DNA of 64,000 nucleotides from contig JBQLZK010000022.1 of NCBI GenBank assembly GCA_052168235.1, positions 1 through 64,000 of the forward strand. The letters run 5' to 3'. Source of the DNA: Thainema sp. (GTDB lineage: Bacteria; Cyanobacteriota; Cyanobacteriia; Phormidesmidales; Phormidesmidaceae). The notes beneath the pieces were generated by a model. The model worked only from the letters and a program-made list of their open reading frames with translations, was not told the origin of the DNA and ran no database searches. The translations under genes and the position numbers were made by a program. Numbering within the stretch: the first letter of the stretch is position 1; every line of letters starts with the position of its first letter. Below, in pieces: positions 19,632 through 29,589 of this stretch.

Positions 19632-19878
19632 ATGGCGGTTAGACAACCCCGCTACAGCAAAGAAGAATTTGCTCGACGTGGCGATGAGATCTATGAAAAT
19701 CAGGTACGCTCTTAGGTCGAGGAAGGTAACTACGGCAAGATTGTAGCCATTGATATTGAAACGGGTGCCTTTGAAGTCGCCGACGAAATCTTGACCGCAA
19801 CGAATCGCCTATTCGAGCGCCTCCCTGATGCTCAACCTTGAATTGTCCGCATTGGACATCGGGCCGTTCATCGCTTTA
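19632..19878 (+). pseudogene. Pseudogene of a small conserved protein (MAVRQPRYSKEEFARRGDEIYE...)
   Basis: Continuous frame with in-frame TAG at 19713 and TGA at 19839; GKIVAIDIETGAFEV motif retained. Confidence 0.7.
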
Positions 19879-20241
19879 GGCCCACTCTAGTTCCATTGCG
19901 GGCATTAAGCGCTGGAGATTTCTCAGCGATCGCTTTTGCCAGATAACCGTCTCGGATCCCTGTACGACTAGACTTTTATGCTCTTGGTTGCGGGCTTTAA
20001 TCACAAATCGAGATAGCACACTAATGCCGGAACTGTTGAGGAACTCTAGCTGACGTAAATTCAAAATCAGCGTGGGTGCGGCGTTATTTAGAGCGGTTTC
20101 TAATAAGTTGCTGATGGGGGCAAAGTCTTCGATGCTGGCTAAACTGAGCGAACCGTCAAAAAATACAGTTGATGTTACAGCATCATAGTGAATGCTGTAC
20201 TCTTCGCCTTTAATGTCTTGGATGCTAATTTCAGTTTCCAT
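19876..20241 (-). CDS. STAS-like anti-anti-sigma / SiaC-like (Slr1659-type) protein
   Basis: LILNLRQLEFLNSSGISVL phospho-acceptor-type motif; WQKRSLRNLQRLMP C-terminus. Confidence 0.8.
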   Translation of the reverse strand: METEISIQDIKGEEYSIHYDAVTSTVFFDGSLSLASIEDFAPISNLLETALNNAAPTLILNLRQLEFLNSSGISVLSRFVIKARNQEHKSLVVQGSETVIWQKRSLRNLQRLMPAMELEWA

Positions 20242-20288
20242 GATTGCTCTTAATCGTTATCAACCCGATAGAGAACTAACTTAATAGT

Positions 20289-20879
20289 CTAAATTTCAAG
20301 CTGGACTTTAGTGGTAATAATGGCTCCTGCATCTTCGACTGTTTCAAGCAGCCATCCTACCCGTGCCGCATAGTCATTGATAATGGTCAGAATGCCGAGG
20401 CCAGAGCTGGTTGAATGCTCCACTTGAGCCTGTTGTTCAATTTGCTGAATGTAAAGCTCACTCGGGTCAGATTCTGTTAATTTCTGGATAAAGGCCCGGA
20501 GCTGAACGTCGGTAGCAGAATCAACCTGATTTTTAGTTAGAAACACCAGCTTATCAGGATAAAGCTGTAGCGTAAGCATGATAGCTTCGGCTGAATCTGT
20601 ATCGCTGAACTTCATGGCATTTTCCAGCAGCTCATTAGCGATGAACGTAATCACGCCCATCAGCTCCGACTTGGGATCACTCATGCCAGGGGGCTGTCCT
20701 TCGCCAGGGAAGAAGGTTGAGAAATAATCCGCCAGAAAATTGGCAGATAAGCGATTGGTGCGCCAGCGTTCTCGCAGAGGAACAGAGCTAGGTGAGAAAA
20801 CAATCGTCAAGTATTCGCGGCTGACGACGGCTTCATCCTGAAAATCACCAAAGGTTTGTAGTGTTAACGTTTGACTCAT
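20289..20879 (-). CDS. GHKL-type Ser/Thr kinase / SiaB-like (Slr1658-type) protein
   Basis: NELLENAMKF N-box and SSGLG G-box; start taken at ATG 20879. Confidence 0.8.
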   Translation of the reverse strand: MSQTLTLQTFGDFQDEAVVSREYLTIVFSPSSVPLRERWRTNRLSANFLADYFSTFFPGEGQPPGMSDPKSELMGVITFIANELLENAMKFSDTDSAEAIMLTLQLYPDKLVFLTKNQVDSATDVQLRAFIQKLTESDPSELYIQQIEQQAQVEHSTSSGLGILTIINDYAARVGWLLETVEDAGAIITTKVQLEI

Positions 20880-20892
20880 CGTGGATACCTGA

Positions 20893-23028
20893 TTACTTTT
20901 GCTTGAGAACAACTAAGGTAAGGTCATCGCGCAGGGTTTGCGTGCCGATATACTGCTGAACATCGCGAATGACCGCTTGCCGAATCTCAGCGGCGGACTG
21001 TCTTAAGTGCTGCTGCACTACCTTCTGCAGGCGATCCAAGCCATATTGCTGCTTCTGGCCATTAATTGCCTCCGTAATTCCATCCGTATACAGCACGACG
21101 ACATCACCCGGATCGAGGTTGATCTGCATTTGTTTGATAAAGGGACGGATGTCTTCTTCGAGAGCCAGTGGAAAACCTAGATCGAAGGTGTCGATCTGCT
21201 CTGCCGTACCCTGCGATCGCACCACAATCACTTCCTCATGTTGCCCACTCAGCTTGAGCTGACCCGCTTCGTAGTCTAGTAACATCAGCGTTAAATTCTT
21301 GGTGGAATTCATCCGCTGAATGTTGTTGTGAATGGCGCGATTCAGCGTGTCAAAGAACTTCACCGGATCGGTTTCATTGTGGGTTTGCAGGGTGCGGATG
21401 GCGGTTTGCATCATCAGCATGACCACGCCGCTTTCCAGCCCATGCCCGGTCACGTCGCCGATGCCAATCTTCAACGCCCCATTGTGGCGCAGCACATCAT
21501 AGTAATCACCGCCGACTTCATCTGCGGGCTGCATAAACCCGGCAATATCGAGTTCATCGATTTTAGCGAGTTCCTCTTCCCGAGGCAGAATCATTTGCTG
21601 AATCTGCTTGGCCACCTCTAGTTCCGCCCCCATGCGCAGGTTTTCGGACTTGAGCTTCTGATTAAGGGAATTAATTTCATCATTAGCGGCCTGTAGTTCG
21701 GCGGTGCGTTCGTCTACTCGCTGTTCCAGTTCCTGATTGGCGGCAGCTAAGGCGTTAAATGCCTGCTGGAGCTGTTTGGCCATCCGGTTAAACGACTGGG
21801 CTAGCCCTTCGAGTTCAACAATCCCTTGCGCTTCAACATGCTGATCGAGCTGACCATCGGCAATGGCTTGTGACGCCTGATTGAGCCGCAGAATGGACTT
21901 GGCAATGCGATGGGCGGTTAGCAAACTAAGTGCGATCGCTAATCCCAGGGCACCGAGGCAGAGCAGAATCGTGTTGCGGGTATTGGTATTGACCTGGGCC
22001 ATAAAATCATTTTCCGGCACCGTCACCACAATCAGCCAGTCTAGGCCCCGATTGTCTTGAAATGGTGCCACCTGGACAAACTCACGCTGGCCATCTACCT
22101 CAAAGCTCAACTGCTGCACCGACTGAATCTGATTCAGGTCGCCAAACTGATCCAGTAAATACTTGGCCGTACCGCTGACCAGTGGGTTTTGGCTTTCAGT
22201 GGCGGCAATTCGCTGGGTGGCTTCGCCCTCACCTCGGACTAGCTTTTCCTCTCTCGAGGTTGAGCTAGAGACGAGCAACCCCGACCGCTCAATGATGAAC
22301 GTCTCGCCCGATTTGCCAACCTTTAGCTCCTGCAAAAACTGATCGATTTCCACGGGTAGGAAAAAGTCGGCAGCGCACACGCCCTGTAGTTCACCCGCTT
22401 CGTCGTAAACAGGCTGACTGGCTGTAATCACGGGCACCAGAGCGGTAAACCCTAGATAAATATCGCTCCAGACGGCGGTTCCTGAGGCTTTAGCCGACTG
22501 GTACCAGGGACGCGATCGCGGATCATAGCGTCGCTGATCAATCTTCGTTCTGTTGCTAAGGTCGCCCTTGGCATCCAGCGGGTAGTAGTGCTGAAGATAG
22601 CCCGTTGCCGGGTTGCTGTACTGTAATCGCAAGGGGAAATTACTATCGTCCGTGCGCGCGATGCTGAGAAACGCGCCGTCGGCCTCGCCGCCGCAGTAAA
22701 TCATGTGCGTGTTGGGAAATGCTTGAGCCTGCTGCCAAAAGGCGTAGACATCTTCCATCTGAGTCAGCTCCAGCTCCCCGTGGGCCAGCGAGGTGGCATT
22801 AATTTCAGTAATCTGAAACGGAGTTTGGATGTAGTTTTTGAGTTCCTGTTCGATGCGGGCAGTTAGTTCACTGCGCAGTTGAGCCGCTACGTCATTCACC
22901 GCTCGGTGACTATTCCGAAACGAAAAATAGCCAACGAGACCGACTGCTCCCACAATTTGCAGGACAAAGGGGATGATAAGCAGCGATCGCAACGAGATTT
23001 TTCGGCTCGGCTTAGGTTTCTGATCCAT
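20893..23028 (-). CDS. Membrane PP2C/SpoIIE phosphatase with Cache and HAMP domains (SiaA-like)
   Basis: YDPRSRPWY (dCache), EVGGDYYD, IGDVTGHG, YTDGITEA and DDLTLVV motifs. Confidence 0.92.
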   Translation of the reverse strand: MDQKPKPSRKISLRSLLIIPFVLQIVGAVGLVGYFSFRNSHRAVNDVAAQLRSELTARIEQELKNYIQTPFQITEINATSLAHGELELTQMEDVYAFWQQAQAFPNTHMIYCGGEADGAFLSIARTDDSNFPLRLQYSNPATGYLQHYYPLDAKGDLSNRTKIDQRRYDPRSRPWYQSAKASGTAVWSDIYLGFTALVPVITASQPVYDEAGELQGVCAADFFLPVEIDQFLQELKVGKSGETFIIERSGLLVSSSTSREEKLVRGEGEATQRIAATESQNPLVSGTAKYLLDQFGDLNQIQSVQQLSFEVDGQREFVQVAPFQDNRGLDWLIVVTVPENDFMAQVNTNTRNTILLCLGALGLAIALSLLTAHRIAKSILRLNQASQAIADGQLDQHVEAQGIVELEGLAQSFNRMAKQLQQAFNALAAANQELEQRVDERTAELQAANDEINSLNQKLKSENLRMGAELEVAKQIQQMILPREEELAKIDELDIAGFMQPADEVGGDYYDVLRHNGALKIGIGDVTGHGLESGVVMLMMQTAIRTLQTHNETDPVKFFDTLNRAIHNNIQRMNSTKNLTLMLLDYEAGQLKLSGQHEEVIVVRSQGTAEQIDTFDLGFPLALEEDIRPFIKQMQINLDPGDVVVLYTDGITEAINGQKQQYGLDRLQKVVQQHLRQSAAEIRQAVIRDVQQYIGTQTLRDDLTLVVLKQK

Positions 23029-23337
23029 AAATTTCGGTAGAGCACAATAGGGTGAGGACGGTTGGCGCTGGGCGCTAGATTGCCTATGCCTGGTTATTGG
23101 CCTTTTTAGAGTGCCCTAGAATGCTCGATTACTATCTAAATAAATAGAATTGTTGCAATCGTCGATTTACGGACTTTATAGGGCAGATTCCTAAAAATTT
23201 GACCAATATAGCTGAAGAGCTAGCGGTTTATACGGCCATCATCGGGCAAAAAGCTAGAAACTTTCCTTCAAAATCTTTGGTTTTACGGTATGGCTTCGCT
23301 CGGAACCTGCTAAAACGGGAATACTAAAATAAGTTGT

Positions 23338-24222
23338 TTGACTCATCTCCTTGACGCATCTATGCCGAACGACCAACCGCCGCAGGCTAAACAGGATCTC
23401 GTCCTACAGATGAGTACCTTACAGGTTGAGAATGAACAGCTTGAGAGCCAAGTTCAAGATCTGGAAATGACCATCCAGATTATGGCGGAGCACGGCAGCT
23501 TGATCGAGGCTGAACTGCAAACTGCCAACAAAAGGCTGCAGCTTGAGATTCGGGAGCGCCAACAAGCCGAAGCGCGCTTGCAGATGCTGGTGGCAGCGAT
23601 TTCTCAGCGCAATCTTGACTTAGAAATCATCCTCGATACGCTACGTGAGCATGGTGATGCTATTCATGATCAGTGGTACGCCAAGATTCAGGAAGCCAAA
23701 CATTTGGCGGGCATAGATGGTTTGACCCAAATTCCCAATCGGCGTCGGTTTGATGAGCATTTAAAGGAGCAGTGGCAACTGATGGCCGAGCAGCAATCAC
23801 CTATATCGCTGCTTTTAGCCGATATTGATTATTTCAAGCAGTACAACGACACCTACGGACACCTGCTGGGAGATACCTGCCTCAAGCATGTGGCGCAGGC
23901 GCTACAGGGTGCCATTAGCCACACAAATGATTTGGTAGCTCGCTATGGTGGCGAAGAATTTGCTGTCATTCTGCCAGAAACCGATTTGCCAAGTGCGATC
24001 GCAGTTGCCGCCCGGATGCAGGCCCAGGTCGAATATCTTCAGCTGCCCCATGCCTGCTCGTCAACCAGCCACTATGTCACGCTCAGTATAGGAGTTGCAA
24101 GCTGTATTCCATCTCCAGCTCAATCCCCGCAAACGCTGATTGCGGCCACCGATCGCCTACTGTATACCGCCAAACAGTCTGGCAGGAATCAAATTGCCTA
24201 TGACGGTAGTTTTGTCGTTTGA
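23338..24222 (+). CDS. Diguanylate cyclase with N-terminal coiled coil (SiaD-like)
   Basis: DGLTQIPNRR, DIDYFKQYND.YGH and RYGGEEF motifs; no RxxD I-site (HTND); start may be ATG 23362. Confidence 0.9.
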   Translation: MTHLLDASMPNDQPPQAKQDLVLQMSTLQVENEQLESQVQDLEMTIQIMAEHGSLIEAELQTANKRLQLEIRERQQAEARLQMLVAAISQRNLDLEIILDTLREHGDAIHDQWYAKIQEAKHLAGIDGLTQIPNRRRFDEHLKEQWQLMAEQQSPISLLLADIDYFKQYNDTYGHLLGDTCLKHVAQALQGAISHTNDLVARYGGEEFAVILPETDLPSAIAVAARMQAQVEYLQLPHACSSTSHYVTLSIGVASCIPSPAQSPQTLIAATDRLLYTAKQSGRNQIAYDGSFVV

Positions 24223-24265
24223 AATGAGACGAATGTCTATGGCGAATTTCTATACTGTCAAACCA

Positions 24266-24715
24266 TCATTGAGATGCAGATGGTGCTGACTCAGCATGTT
24301 CACAGACAAAGCGCAAGACGGCTGCTGCGCTACTGCCTGGCTGGGGCTGCGTTAACGGACCAGCAGCATCATAGTTAATGCGCTGAATCACCTGCCGCTC
24401 TTGGTCACGAGCAACAATTCGTCTGAGCCGCGAAACACCGCCAACACAATCAGCAGAGCGATACAGCATGACACTATAAACGGGTTGATCCAACTCAACC
24501 CCAACAAAGGCATTGTTCGGTTGTGGAAAATCGCGATTTTCCCAATACCACACAGCTCCATCCCTAACTTCAATAGAGCTGCGTTCTACCAGAAAGCGAT
24601 CGCCCACCGCATTGCGTGTGACCTCGACCCACTCTACTTTAGGAGATTGAGCCAACGCACCGGGCACACTGACTGCAGACAAAATTGCGACTAAACCAAC
24701 AAGCAACGTTTTCAT
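24266..24715 (-). CDS. Secreted protein, possible surface-adhesin E-like fold
   Basis: Signal peptide ending ALA; WVEV...ADC...PGS...LRFVC two-Cys pattern. Confidence 0.55.
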   Translation of the reverse strand: MKTLLVGLVAILSAVSVPGALAQSPKVEWVEVTRNAVGDRFLVERSSIEVRDGAVWYWENRDFPQPNNAFVGVELDQPVYSVMLYRSADCVGGVSRLRRIVARDQERQVIQRINYDAAGPLTQPQPGSSAAAVLRFVCEHAESAPSASQ

Positions 24716-24718
24716 AAG

Positions 24719-25447
24719 CTATTGGGAATTAGGCTGAGATTGACTACCAGGTGCCTCTTCAGACGTGTTCGTGCGATACTGCTGAACATTTTGGATGGCT
24801 TGCTGAGCATAGGGATTGTTGGGACGCTCGTCCAATGCCCGCTGAAAATAGATCAGCGCGGTTTCATAATCCCGTTCCTGAGTTGCCTCATATCCTGCCG
24901 CCATATAGCGATCAAATTCTGACGACTGAGGCGGTTGTACCGATGGTGAAGAGGATTGAGGGGTAGCTGCCGCTGTTCCTTGCTGTTCCTCATAGGCGCT
25001 CACAACACTCTGAATATAGTCGGCAATTTCAGAACTGTTGTACTGAGACGGGTCACCCCGCATCCACCAGGCAGCGGATCGACGCACCGCTAGCATTTCA
25101 TTGTTACCGCTAGCCTCATATTCATCTTGCAGCACATCCCGCATGACACAAGTCACAACCGAACGGGCAACGACTGGGCTAGCCTCAAATTCAGTCGGTG
25201 AAAGCTCTCGCCCGATACATGACCTGGACCAACGAGGAATGTTGCCTGGCATAATCTGCCAGTCACTATAAAGCCCGTCATCTGCACGCCCCGTTTGAGG
25301 TGCGGCTCTACGAAGCGCCTCGACCAGTGCTGCAACCTGGCTGTCTGAAACTTGTGCCTGGGCTGGTAGCGCTCCGACTGTCAGGATCACGCCTAGGCTG
25401 ACGATTAGTTTGCCAATGGGTACTCGCATAGCTATTGTCCATCCCAA
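24719..25447 (-). CDS. Secreted protein with lysozyme/SLT-like N-domain and C-terminal TPR
   Basis: Signal peptide ending AQA; WQIMPGNIPRWS..AAWW..YIQSV segment; DYETALIYFQRALDERPNN TPR. Confidence 0.55.
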   Translation of the reverse strand: MGWTIAMRVPIGKLIVSLGVILTVGALPAQAQVSDSQVAALVEALRRAAPQTGRADDGLYSDWQIMPGNIPRWSRSCIGRELSPTEFEASPVVARSVVTCVMRDVLQDEYEASGNNEMLAVRRSAAWWMRGDPSQYNSSEIADYIQSVVSAYEEQQGTAAATPQSSSPSVQPPQSSEFDRYMAAGYEATQERDYETALIYFQRALDERPNNPYAQQAIQNVQQYRTNTSEEAPGSQSQPNSQ

Positions 25448-25590
25448 ACTAGCTCAAGTCAGATTCTACATTTATTACTCAGGGCTTGTCACCGATCGTT
25501 TGTTAGTTGTTTTTTGTACAGAAATAGGTATGCCTCCCTTCGTTACATGCGATCGCTTACCGTTAGGTTAGATTATTACCTTTCGTCTGC

Positions 25591-26409
25591 CTAAAAAGAC
25601 AGACCTAGTGCTAAGCAAGAGCTATCTTCCGTTGCGCTGACCGCATAAGATTGTGTCTCAATGGTGGTGGCAACAACTAGCATTTGCTCACCGAACGGTG
25701 TTCCATCAATGGTGCAAGTTCCTCGCAGGACAAGCAGATAATTGCCGATATACTCGGAAGCCTCAGAGGAGGAGGTGCTGATGAACTGGGAACTCATGCC
25801 ACCGTCTGGATCGAGGGGAACGGTGTAGACCGAAACGCCAGCTTGCATCTCCTCGAACGGGTAAAGCGTTTCGAGTTCTGGATCAGCAGTGTTGATTTGA
25901 ACAGGGATATAGTCCTCAATTAAATCGGTGTTGGCAAAATCTGGTGGTGAAGCATAGGCCAGGATGAAAAAGCCCGTACTGTCTGAAATTTCGTGACCGC
26001 TGCCCGGCGGATTGAAGTAGAGAGACCCTGTGGGATAAACCCCTTTGGCATCGGTTTGGGTTCCATCGATGACGTAGACTGACTCCGTCATTGAGTGATA
26101 GTGCAGTCCGACGCTCCCATCGGGAATCGTGTACCACAAAATGCTGATGTGCTCAGTATCGGCGGCACCTGAGAGAATCAGCTTTTCTAGGTTTGGCCTA
26201 AACGTAGAAAAGTCGTAGTTGGTGGGATTGGCGATTAGATCATTCAAATCGACAACGGTGGAATGGCTCAGTCCCGAACGGCTTTCCGCCTGGGCAATTT
26301 CGGGTACATCAGTTGCGATCGCAACTCTTCCACTCACAAGTCCGACCAGCGAAATTAACCCCAAAGCCAACGCTGATGACGATTGAACCTGTCGCATAAC
26401 CGCAGACAC
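25591..26409 (-). CDS. Secreted cupin-domain protein
   Basis: LHYHSMTESVYVIDG and FNPPGSGH cupin metal motifs; signal peptide. Confidence 0.75.
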   Translation of the reverse strand: MSAVMRQVQSSSALALGLISLVGLVSGRVAIATDVPEIAQAESRSGLSHSTVVDLNDLIANPTNYDFSTFRPNLEKLILSGAADTEHISILWYTIPDGSVGLHYHSMTESVYVIDGTQTDAKGVYPTGSLYFNPPGSGHEISDSTGFFILAYASPPDFANTDLIEDYIPVQINTADPELETLYPFEEMQAGVSVYTVPLDPDGGMSSQFISTSSSEASEYIGNYLLVLRGTCTIDGTPFGEQMLVVATTIETQSYAVSATEDSSCLALGLSF

Positions 26410-26654
26410 CTTTGCTAAAGATCAGGGAAATTGCTTTCTAAAAATAGGAAGCTCCAACCCTATCACGGCAAAAACAAGCAAATCTGCTACTTAGTGAGCA
26501 AAATAGGAGCAAAACCGTTTCTGGCGATGCTGGGCGGCGCTGCGAATGCCACACAGGACTACAAATCATTTGAGTTTATAAAGAATCTCCTTAACCTTTG
26601 GGTGAGGACGTTTTTGTTGCGTCAGGATGGAGGAAGATCGACAACAGAAAATCT

Positions 26655-28382
26655 ATGATTGAACACGATGTCATTATTGTTGGCGGGGGGCTAGCGGGTT
26701 CAAGAGCAGCCTTAGAAATCACTCGCACCAATCCGAGTCTAAGCGTCGGTCTTGTTGCCAAAACCCATCCGATTCGCTCTCACTCGGTCGCTGCACAGGG
26801 AGGAATCGCCGCCACTCTGAAGAATGTAGACGATGCCGATTCCTGGGAAGCCCACGCTTTTGATACCGTCAAGGGTTCAGACTATCTTGCCGACCAGGAT
26901 GCCGTTGAAATCCTGGCCAAAGAAGCCCCGGATGTAGTGATTGATCTCGAACACATGGGGGTTTTGTTCTCGCGCTTAGAAGATGGTCGAATCGCGCAGC
27001 GAGCTTTTGGCGGCCATTCCCATCGGCGCACCTGCTATGCAGCAGATAAAACGGGACACGCCATTCTGCATGAACTGATTAACAACCTGATGCGCTACGG
27101 CGTGACGATTTACGACGAATGGTACGTCATGCGCCTGATCTTGGAAGAAGGTCGCGCCAAGGGCATCGTCATGTATCACCTGCTGGACGGGCGGATTGAG
27201 GTGGTGCGAGCCAAAGCGGTGATGTTTGCTACAGGTGGCTACGGTCGGGTATTCAACACCACGTCGAATGACTTTGCCTCAACGGGTGACGGGCTAGCCA
27301 TGACTGCGATCGCAGGTTTGCCGCTACAAGATATGGAGTTCGTCCAGTTCCATCCCACAGGCCTATATCCGGTTGGGGTGCTCGTTTCGGAAGCGGTACG
27401 GGGCGAAGGGGCGTACTTAATCAACAGCGAAGGGCAGCGCTTTATGGAGCACTATGCGCCCAAGCAGATGGAGCTAGCGCCACGGGATATCACCTCCCGC
27501 GCCATCACCAAGGAAATTCGGGCGGGTCGCGGCATTAAGTCCGATGGCAGTGCGGGTGGGCCATACGTTTACCTTGACCTGCGCCACATGGGGCGGGAAA
27601 AAATCATGAGCCGCGTACCCTTCTGCTGGGAAGAGGCACATCGGCTGCTGGGCGTTGACGCGATTACGGAACCGATTCCGGTGCGGCCCACGGTTCACTA
27701 TTCAATGGGCGGCATTCCGGTTAATCTAGACGGTCAAGTGCGCAGCGGTGCCGATGGTTTAGTTGACAACTTCTTCGCAGCGGGAGAAGCAGCCTGTGTG
27801 TCCGTCCACGGTGCCAATCGGCTGGGCAGTAATTCCCTATTGGAATGCGTCGTGTTTGGTCGCCGTACCGGAGCTGCGATCGCACAGTATGTCCTCAACC
27901 AAAAGTTACCGGATGTAGATTGCGATCGCTATATCAAAGAAGCCCAGGATCAAATTCAGTCGCTCCTGGATCAAAAAGGAACCATGCGAATTCACGACCT
28001 GCGTCAGCAGTATCAAGACTGCATCACCGAGCACTGTGGCGTCTTCCGCCAAGCCGATGTCATGCAGGAAGGAATTGACAAGCTGGAGGCAATTCAGGCG
28101 AACTACGGTCAAATCTATCTGGACGACAAGGAAAAACTTTGGAATACCGAAATCATTGAAGCGCTAGAGTTGCGGAACCTGATGGTTGTGGGACGGATGA
28201 TTCTCACGTCGGCTTTAGAGCGCAAAGAAAGCCGGGGTTCTCACTCGCGGGAAGATTTCCCCACGCGGGATGATGCCAACTTCCTGCAACATACGCTGAC
28301 CTATTACTCACCTGCGGGCATTGAGTTGAGCTATCGACCCGTCGCTCTGGGTATGTTTGAACCGAAGGAGCGAAAATACTAG
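26655..28382 (+). CDS. sdhA: Succinate dehydrogenase flavoprotein subunit
   Basis: GGGLAG, RSHSVAAQGG (FAD-His), QFHPTG and HGANRLGSNSL motifs; start ATG 26655. Confidence 0.96.
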   Translation: MIEHDVIIVGGGLAGSRAALEITRTNPSLSVGLVAKTHPIRSHSVAAQGGIAATLKNVDDADSWEAHAFDTVKGSDYLADQDAVEILAKEAPDVVIDLEHMGVLFSRLEDGRIAQRAFGGHSHRRTCYAADKTGHAILHELINNLMRYGVTIYDEWYVMRLILEEGRAKGIVMYHLLDGRIEVVRAKAVMFATGGYGRVFNTTSNDFASTGDGLAMTAIAGLPLQDMEFVQFHPTGLYPVGVLVSEAVRGEGAYLINSEGQRFMEHYAPKQMELAPRDITSRAITKEIRAGRGIKSDGSAGGPYVYLDLRHMGREKIMSRVPFCWEEAHRLLGVDAITEPIPVRPTVHYSMGGIPVNLDGQVRSGADGLVDNFFAAGEAACVSVHGANRLGSNSLLECVVFGRRTGAAIAQYVLNQKLPDVDCDRYIKEAQDQIQSLLDQKGTMRIHDLRQQYQDCITEHCGVFRQADVMQEGIDKLEAIQANYGQIYLDDKEKLWNTEIIEALELRNLMVVGRMILTSALERKESRGSHSREDFPTRDDANFLQHTLTYYSPAGIELSYRPVALGMFEPKERKY

Positions 28383-28384
28383 TA

Positions 28385-28484
28385 ATATCAAGTCCGCGTG
28401 TAAGAACCCAATTTATTTTTGTGAAACGCTTGCGGAGCAAGCGTTTCACAAAAATAAATTGGGTTTTCAACCGGATTTCATGTA
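28385..28484 (+). mobile_element. MITE-like element, family C copy 1, with perfect 29-bp central palindrome
   Basis: AACCCAATTTATTTTTGTGAAACGCTTGC-GGA-(reverse complement) at 28405-28465; homologous to the reverse complement of 44836-44940. Confidence 0.72.
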
Positions 28485-28503
28485 AGTAGAAGGATCAGGA
28501 AAA

Positions 28504-29589
28504 ATGCAGAAGGAAGTTGCTGAAGCACTGGAGCAAAAGGACTACCGCACGGTGGCCCAACTGCTCAAGCAGTGGCAGCAAGAAAATTCTCAAGATCCTT
28601 GGTTTAGGCTGTATGTCGGTCGATTTCAGGAGGCAACAGGAAAACTACAGGCGGCAGAAGTCACCTATCGCAAACTGCTCAAGGCGGCTACGGTTCCCAA
28701 AGTGGTTACCCAGGCTCGCCAGGGTTTGCAGCGCTTAGATGAAATTGAAGCCCAGCGCCGTCAGCAGGCCATGCAAGAGGCGACGGCGGAACCCAGTGAC
28801 CAGGAGCTAGGGTTACTCGTCATTGAGCCAGTGGTGGGAGAACAGCGGCGTGAGGTCGCTCAGGGATTTGCCAAGGTGATGCAAATTGAACCCTATCTGG
28901 CTCAGATGCAGTTGCCCAGTCGCGGCTGGCGACTGCATCGCATCGGTTCCATTGGGGCACTGAATTTTTATGTTGATGAGCTGCGGCAGGTAAATGTGCC
29001 CGCCTTCTGCCAGCGAATTTCCACCTTGCAGCAGGTGCATGTCTTTCGCGTCGATCGGTTCCAGTCCCTCGATCCGCAGGCCACGGCAATTTGTCACAGC
29101 GAAGACGACCAGCTGGGCGCACTGGCGTTTGATTGGTCAGAAGTCAGCCAGCGGGTAGAAGGTCGCTTGCCGATTCTAGAATCTGTTGTGGATCTGGGGC
29201 CGTGGAACAAGCTCCAGCGCAAGGAGCGTACCCAGGACTACATGCAAATTTGTGATCTGCATCTACCGAGACGCAACAGTATTCTGCGGATCTGCGATCG
29301 CACCTACCAGTTTCAGCGCAGCGCTGAGTTTGCGCCCATGCCCAATGAACCCCCTAATCTCACACAACTCACGAATCGCATTAGCTGGAATCGGCTAATT
29401 TATGGCTTAAATCAGCGAATAACCGGGCCAATCCAATCCGATTTCACGATATTTGGCGAAAGTGCTTTAGATTTAATCGATTTACTGGGTGCTAACTTTA
29501 AATCTCACATCGATATCTCCCGTCAAACCAAGTCTAATTGGGACGACGCATTTCATCTTTACAGCAGTCTACTATTCATCCAGCGTTAG
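28504..29589 (+). CDS. Cyanobacterial protein with N-terminal TPR-like repeat
   Basis: TPR-like helices; 361-aa ORF. Confidence 0.7.
   Translation: MQKEVAEALEQKDYRTVAQLLKQWQQENSQDPWFRLYVGRFQEATGKLQAAEVTYRKLLKAATVPKVVTQARQGLQRLDEIEAQRRQQAMQEATAEPSDQELGLLVIEPVVGEQRREVAQGFAKVMQIEPYLAQMQLPSRGWRLHRIGSIGALNFYVDELRQVNVPAFCQRISTLQQVHVFRVDRFQSLDPQATAICHSEDDQLGALAFDWSEVSQRVEGRLPILESVVDLGPWNKLQRKERTQDYMQICDLHLPRRNSILRICDRTYQFQRSAEFAPMPNEPPNLTQLTNRISWNRLIYGLNQRITGPIQSDFTIFGESALDLIDLLGANFKSHIDISRQTKSNWDDAFHLYSSLLFIQR

Noticed and set aside
11900..19880. Integron cassette array (aac(3)-I, TA genes, ACCTAAC at about 18685)
   Set aside because: No integrase, no complete attC with paired R/L boxes, and mixed gene orientations.
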